Assembly: GCF_000012805.1 (NCBI RefSeq)
Contig: NC_007484.1
Location: 3,210,001-3,242,000 of the forward strand
DNA from: Nitrosococcus oceani ATCC 19707
GTDB lineage: Bacteria; Pseudomonadota; Gammaproteobacteria; Nitrosococcales; Nitrosococcaceae
Reading direction: 5' to 3'
Length of the DNA: 32,000 bases
This document shows positions 27,637-32,000 of the stretch, piece after piece. The notes beneath the pieces were generated by a model. That model saw nothing but the letters and a program-made list of their open reading frames with translations, had not been told where the DNA came from and ran no database searches. A program made the translations under genes and the position numbers. Numbering within the stretch: the first letter of the stretch is position 1; each line of letters opens with the position of its first letter.

Positions 27637-28529
27637 GCCGGCTCTCCCACCATGTGGACTTCCGGCACCAAACTTACCCCTGCCTGCCGGGCTACGGTTT
27701 CAGCAACCCATTGAATTAAATGCTCAACATCGGCAGCAGAAGCATTACCTGTGTTTACAATAAAGTTAGCATGTCTTTCTGAGACCCGCGCTCCACCAAT
27801 AGAGGCGCCTTTTAGTCCACAGGCTTCAATCAACCGTCCTGCCTTATCATTCCAGGGATTACGAAAAACTGAACCAGCACAGGGCTGGCGAATCGGCTGA
27901 CAACCATTGCGCTGCCGCAGTAATCGCCGAATCTGCTGCTGTGCAACTTGACTATTCCCCAGCGTTAGGCGCAATTCAGCCGCCAGAAACCATTCCCGTT
28001 CCGGCCCATGGACTTCCCGATAGCTGACTTGATATTCTTGAGGCAAACGGCGGCAATGCTCACCCCCTATTCCTGCCACTTCCACTGCCGTTACCAACTC
28101 CCACATGGTGCCGCCAAAAGCACCCGCGTTCATGGCTAACGCTCCCCCTACCGTCCCAGGAATGCCTGCCAGAAACTCCGCCCCTCGCAATCCTTCACGG
28201 GCACAAAACTTCGCTAATTTGGCACAGGACACCCCCGCTTCAACCCATACCGTGGTGTCGGTACGACGCTCAATCCTATTCAAAACTCCTGCAATAGCAA
28301 TCACCGTACCTGAAATTCCACCATCTCGAACTAGTAAATTGCTGCCAAGCCCGAGCCAAAGTAACGGCTCATTTCTAGGTAAAAAGCGAAGAAATGCTAT
28401 CAAATCATCTCTATCCGCAGGGCGGTACAGGCGCTGGGCCGGCCCACCAACACGCCAAGAGGTATGGCTTGCCATAACCACATGGTGCCGCAACCAACCC
28501 CGCACTGAAGCGGCACTTATCCCCCCCAT
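27633..28529 (-). CDS. murB: UDP-N-acetylenolpyruvoylglucosamine reductase
   Basis: Contains the FAD-binding region (LGLGSNLLV), GSVFRNP and ANFIVN. 298 aa. Confidence 0.95.
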   Translation of the reverse strand: MGGISAASVRGWLRHHVVMASHTSWRVGGPAQRLYRPADRDDLIAFLRFLPRNEPLLWLGLGSNLLVRDGGISGTVIAIAGVLNRIERRTDTTVWVEAGVSCAKLAKFCAREGLRGAEFLAGIPGTVGGALAMNAGAFGGTMWELVTAVEVAGIGGEHCRRLPQEYQVSYREVHGPEREWFLAAELRLTLGNSQVAQQQIRRLLRQRNGCQPIRQPCAGSVFRNPWNDKAGRLIEACGLKGASIGGARVSERHANFIVNTGNASAADVEHLIQWVAETVARQAGVSLVPEVHMVGEPA

Positions 28530-29959
28530 CAGCGCTTCCCTTCTAAGGAGATGGATAAACGCCTGGCCAGGGCACCGATATCACCGGCACCTACCGTCAA
28601 CAGCAAATCGCCCTCCTGCAACAGATCAAACAGCATCTCTCCAATAATTTCCTTATCCTCTACCAAGATAGGGCTCACTTGCCCATGGGTTTGAATAGCC
28701 TGCCATAGAGCACGGCTGTCAGCTCCCCCAATCGGCGCTTCCCCTGCTGGATAAACTTCCAGCAAAAGCAATACGTCCACTTGGGATAATACCCGGATAA
28801 ATTCTTCAAATAAGTCTCGGGTTCGGGTATAGCGGTGAGGCTGAAAGATTACCACCAGACGCCGCTCAGGCCAGCCGGCGCGGATAGCCTCCAAGGTAGC
28901 GGCGAGTTCTCGGGGATGATGCCCATAATCGTCCACCAAGAGCACCTTTCCTGCTGGCGTGGCAATTTCTCCATAGCATTGAAACCGGCGCCCAATACCG
29001 GAAAAGCCTTTCAAAAACCTTTGAATAGCGGAATCTGCTATCCCTAACTCATGGGCTACTGCAATAGCCGCCAGTGCATTTAAGGCATTATGGGCACCAG
29101 GCAAATTCAGAACCACGGTTAGCCAGTTATCCTTGCCTGGACGAGCCACCTGGAACTGGGTTTGGCCCTGGGTCTGCTTCAATTCCCGTAAGTGGTAATC
29201 AGCCTCCTTGCAAGTTCCGTAAGTCAAGACAGGGCGTCCAATGCCGGGCAATAACTCCCGTAATACAGGATCATCCAGGCATACCACGGCTAAACCGTAG
29301 AAAGGCAAATGATGCAGAAATTCCAAGAAAGCGGCTTTAAGGGCGGTAAAATCCCCCCCGTAGGCATCCATATGATCGGCATCCACATTGGTAATGACCG
29401 CCAGCAAGGGCTGCAGCAGCAAAAAAGAGGCATCACTCTCATCCGCTTCAGCCACTAAATATTCACCCTTCCCTAGCCGGCTATTAGCACCAATACTATT
29501 CACTTGGCCGCCAATCACGAAGGTGGGATCCAGATTTGCCTCCCCAAGAATCCCGGCAATCAGGCTTGTAGTCGTGGTTTTGCCATGGGTTCCAGCCACG
29601 GCAATGCCGTACCGGAAGCGCATCAACTCCGCTAGCATTTCTGCCCGTGGCACTACCGGAATGAGGCGGCCACGAGCAGCACTCACCTCGGTATTATCTT
29701 CATCAATAGCACTTGAAACTACTACCACATCGCAACCCTCAACATGTTGAGGGTCGTGGCCGATCCTAATTTGGGCACCCAAGCTTAGGAGCCGTTGAAT
29801 GAGCTGATTCTTGCGCAAATCCGAGCCCGAAATCTGATAGCCTAGATTAAGCAGCACCTCGGCAATTCCACCCATGCCCACCCCGCCGATACCGACAAAA
29901 TGAATTCGTCGAATCCGCCGCATCATAGGCGCAATGGGTGCCACCTGGGGTTCAACCAC
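28529..29959 (-). CDS. murC: UDP-N-acetylmuramate--L-alanine ligase
   Basis: Contains [18 protein letters not shown] and [14 protein letters not shown] start at 29959 overlaps the murG stop by 8 nt. Alternative ATG starts at 29926/29923 ([10 protein letters not shown]) would give the more usual N-terminus. Confidence 0.93.
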   Translation of the reverse strand: MVEPQVAPIAPMMRRIRRIHFVGIGGVGMGGIAEVLLNLGYQISGSDLRKNQLIQRLLSLGAQIRIGHDPQHVEGCDVVVVSSAIDEDNTEVSAARGRLIPVVPRAEMLAELMRFRYGIAVAGTHGKTTTTSLIAGILGEANLDPTFVIGGQVNSIGANSRLGKGEYLVAEADESDASFLLLQPLLAVITNVDADHMDAYGGDFTALKAAFLEFLHHLPFYGLAVVCLDDPVLRELLPGIGRPVLTYGTCKEADYHLRELKQTQGQTQFQVARPGKDNWLTVVLNLPGAHNALNALAAIAVAHELGIADSAIQRFLKGFSGIGRRFQCYGEIATPAGKVLLVDDYGHHPRELAATLEAIRAGWPERRLVVIFQPHRYTRTRDLFEEFIRVLSQVDVLLLLEVYPAGEAPIGGADSRALWQAIQTHGQVSPILVEDKEIIGEMLFDLLQEGDLLLTVGAGDIGALARRLSISLEGKR

Positions 29960-31031
29960 TAGCTACCTCCAGGCAACGTTCGGCGACCCGCTGGGCCGCG
30001 CCTACCCTATGGAGCTGCCGGGCTGCTTGAGCCATGCTTATGAAAGTAGAGTAATCCGCTCCCAAGCGCTCGATTTCTTGCGCCAGCCGCGAAGGGGATA
30101 GCTCCTTTTCCGGTAATAGTAGAGCAGCCCCCGCCACAACAAGATAATCCGCATTAGCTCGTTGATGGTCATCAATTGCTAATGGAAACGGCACCAGTAA
30201 CGCGCCAATCCCCGCAGCCATTAACTCTGCCACCGTTAACGCTCCGGCGCGGCACACCACTAGATCAGCCCAGGCATAAGCCGCCGCCATATCATCAATA
30301 AAAGGTACTAACCGAGCCTCCACTCCCGCCGCTCGATAAGCAACCACCGCCCCTTCCCACTGCCGAGAACCGCACTGATGCCAAACCTGAGGGCGTACCT
30401 TGGTGGGCAACAGGGCCAGTGCCTGAGGAACGGTTTCATTTAATATTCGTGCCCCCTGGGAACCGCCAAGAACTAACAAGTGGAAGCAGCCCTGCCGGGC
30501 CTGAAGCCGAGCTCGCGATTCGGAAAGCTGCTCGATACTTTCCCTCACTGGGTTTCCGGTCCATTCAGCCTTTCTCGCGGGAGGAAAAGTGCCGGGAAAG
30601 GCTTCCATCACCCGACCGGCCAGCGGAGCCAGCAACCGGTTGGCCGTGCCTACAATCGCATTTTGTTCATGAATCAGCAAAGGCCGCCGCAGTAGCCAGG
30701 CTCCCAAGCCCCCTGGCCCAGAAACAAACCCACCTAGCCCCAACACGACCGCCGGCTGCCAGCGGCGCAGAGCACGCAAAGCTTGAGATAAAGCAAGCAA
30801 CAATTTGAATGGCGCCCTTAACCAATGGGTTAGACCCTTACCACGCAAACCACCAATTGAAATCCACTCGATAGGATAACCCGCCTTTGGCACCAGCTCG
30901 GCTTCCAGCCCATGGCGAGTTCCCATCCATACCACCTCAACCCCCCATGCCCGGAGCCTATCGGCCACCGCCAAGGCGGGAAATATATGCCCCCCCGTGC
31001 CGCCAGCCATGATAAGCACCCGTATTGCCAT
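29952..31031 (-). CDS. murG: UDP-N-acetylglucosamine--N-acetylmuramyl-(pentapeptide) pyrophosphoryl-undecaprenol GlcNAc transferase
   Basis: Contains [16 protein letters not shown]. 359 aa. The start overlaps the ftsW stop (TAATG). Confidence 0.95.
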   Translation of the reverse strand: MAIRVLIMAGGTGGHIFPALAVADRLRAWGVEVVWMGTRHGLEAELVPKAGYPIEWISIGGLRGKGLTHWLRAPFKLLLALSQALRALRRWQPAVVLGLGGFVSGPGGLGAWLLRRPLLIHEQNAIVGTANRLLAPLAGRVMEAFPGTFPPARKAEWTGNPVRESIEQLSESRARLQARQGCFHLLVLGGSQGARILNETVPQALALLPTKVRPQVWHQCGSRQWEGAVVAYRAAGVEARLVPFIDDMAAAYAWADLVVCRAGALTVAELMAAGIGALLVPFPLAIDDHQRANADYLVVAGAALLLPEKELSPSRLAQEIERLGADYSTFISMAQAARQLHRVGAAQRVAERCLEVASG

Positions 31032-32000
31032 TATTTAATGCCTCTCCGGGCGGTTTTAGGGAAGCGGGTCTCCAGATCCACCCGCAGTATAAGCGCTACT
31101 GCAATGCAGGTGACGATGATGCTACTACCCCCCGCGCTCATAAGGGGGAGAGTTAACCCCTTGGTGGGAAGCACTCCCATATTGACCCCCAAATTGATAA
31201 ACGCCTGTAACCCTATCCAGATTCCGAGACCATAGGCCAGATAAGCACCGAAAACACGACCTGCCCGCTCCGCTGCCCGCCCAATCAGCAAAGCCCGGTA
31301 AACCAGCACGGTAAACAGGGCAATCACAGCTAAACTTCCTACCAAGCCTAATTCCTCAGCCAAAACTGCATAGAGAAAATCCGTATGGGCCTCGGGCAAA
31401 TAGAATAATTTTTGAATACTGTTGCCTAATCCCACCCCAAACCATTCGCCCCGGCCAAAAGCAATCAAAGCCTGGGTCAATTGGTAGCCACTATCTAGAG
31501 GATCAGACCAGGGATCGAGAAAAGAAGTTAACCGCTCCATCCGATAGGGAGAACCCCAAGCTAGGGCAGCGAGTCCCACTCCCCCTATGGCGGCAAGCAG
31601 CACAAAATACCAAAGACGAGCCCCTCCCAGAAACAGCATTCCCAGCATGGTGGCGAACAGAATAACTACCGCGCCAAAATCAGGTTCCAGCAGTAATAGC
31701 AGCCCCACTAGAGTTAATACCCCTACCGGGAAGAAAAACCCCCTTACGGTAGTGCGCACCTCATAACTGCGGCGCACCAAATATCCGGAGAAATAAACCA
31801 CCATAAATAACTTCACTAACTCCGAAGGCTGCAGGCTTATAGGTCCAATAGCCAGCCACCGCCGGCTACCATTGGCCTCTACGCCAATACCCGGCATTAA
31901 CACCAGCAACAATAGCCCCAATCCGAACAGCAACAGCACCGGACCAAACCGCTCCCAAAAGATTAACCGTATCCGCCAAACCACAAAAGCCGCGGCCAAT
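31031..32000 (-). CDS. ftsW: SEDS-family peptidoglycan glycosyltransferase FtsW, 3' portion (N-terminus lies outside the window)
   Basis: Polytopic membrane protein with PTKGLTLPLMSAGGSS near the C-terminus. Its position immediately upstream of murG in a dcw cluster argues for FtsW rather than RodA. The frame is still open at the window edge. Confidence 0.9.
   Translation of the reverse strand, partial: LAAAFVVWRIRLIFWERFGPVLLLFGLGLLLLVLMPGIGVEANGSRRWLAIGPISLQPSELVKLFMVVYFSGYLVRRSYEVRTTVRGFFFPVGVLTLVGLLLLLEPDFGAVVILFATMLGMLFLGGARLWYFVLLAAIGGVGLAALAWGSPYRMERLTSFLDPWSDPLDSGYQLTQALIAFGRGEWFGVGLGNSIQKLFYLPEAHTDFLYAVLAEELGLVGSLAVIALFTVLVYRALLIGRAAERAGRVFGAYLAYGLGIWIGLQAFINLGVNMGVLPTKGLTLPLMSAGGSSIIVTCIAVALILRVDLETRFPKTARRGIK

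Noticed and set aside
28105-28647. 180-aa plus-strand ORF, antisense to murB/murC
   Set aside because: It is a Pro/Ala/Ser/Arg-rich antisense artefact inside two well-supported genes.
1-32000. Scan for CRISPR arrays, IS elements, phage or defence genes, and long repeats
   Set aside because: I saw none by eye. All large ORFs are accounted for by housekeeping families, and the intergenic regions contain no periodic repeats. A computational repeat or self-dot-plot search would be needed to exclude short dispersed repeats.

Overview
This window is gene-dense and almost entirely housekeeping, from a gammaproteobacterial-type chromosome (roughly 50% GC by eye). I call 32 protein-coding genes, two of them truncated at the window edges, and one tRNA.

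Left to right:
- the 3' end of an ABC ATPase, an ABC-2 permease, an unknown 277-aa ORF and uppP
- rplM-rpsI followed directly by tRNA-Gln(CUG)
- a nitroreductase on the minus strand, then a 550-bp AT-rich gap
- a LOG-family protein abutting kdsB
- a small orphan ORF on the minus strand, then an LMW tyrosine phosphatase
- rne on the minus strand, with a ~1-kb leader/divergent region shared with rluC
- sppA
- a PPi-type phosphofructokinase on the minus strand, divergent from a tight adk / ketohexokinase-like / Rieske string
- a long minus-strand block: argJ, secA, an M23 peptidase, a small DUF721-like gene (this one on the plus strand), lpxC, ftsZ, ftsA, ftsQ, ddl, murB, murC, murG and ftsW. This is the 3' half of the dcw cluster, and several of its junctions overlap.

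From memory, the block order (kdsB-ptp-rne-rluC-sppA and lpxC-DUF721-M23-secA-argJ) mirrors Pseudomonas-like synteny. I cannot name the organism from sequence alone.

I found no transposases, integrases, CRISPR arrays, phage genes, toxin-antitoxin pairs or recognisable defence genes. I do not see a clear-cut novel system. The best candidates for a second look are:
- the co-directional ABC ATPase / ABC-2 permease / Trp-rich unknown / UppP string, whose layout resembles bcrABD
- the adk / animal-type ketohexokinase homologue / soluble Rieske protein string, which has 8-10 nt gaps and sits opposite a PPi-PFK
- two orphan ORFs (1291-2124 and 6784-7140)

All family assignments come from motif recognition by eye and recalled sequences, not from searches.
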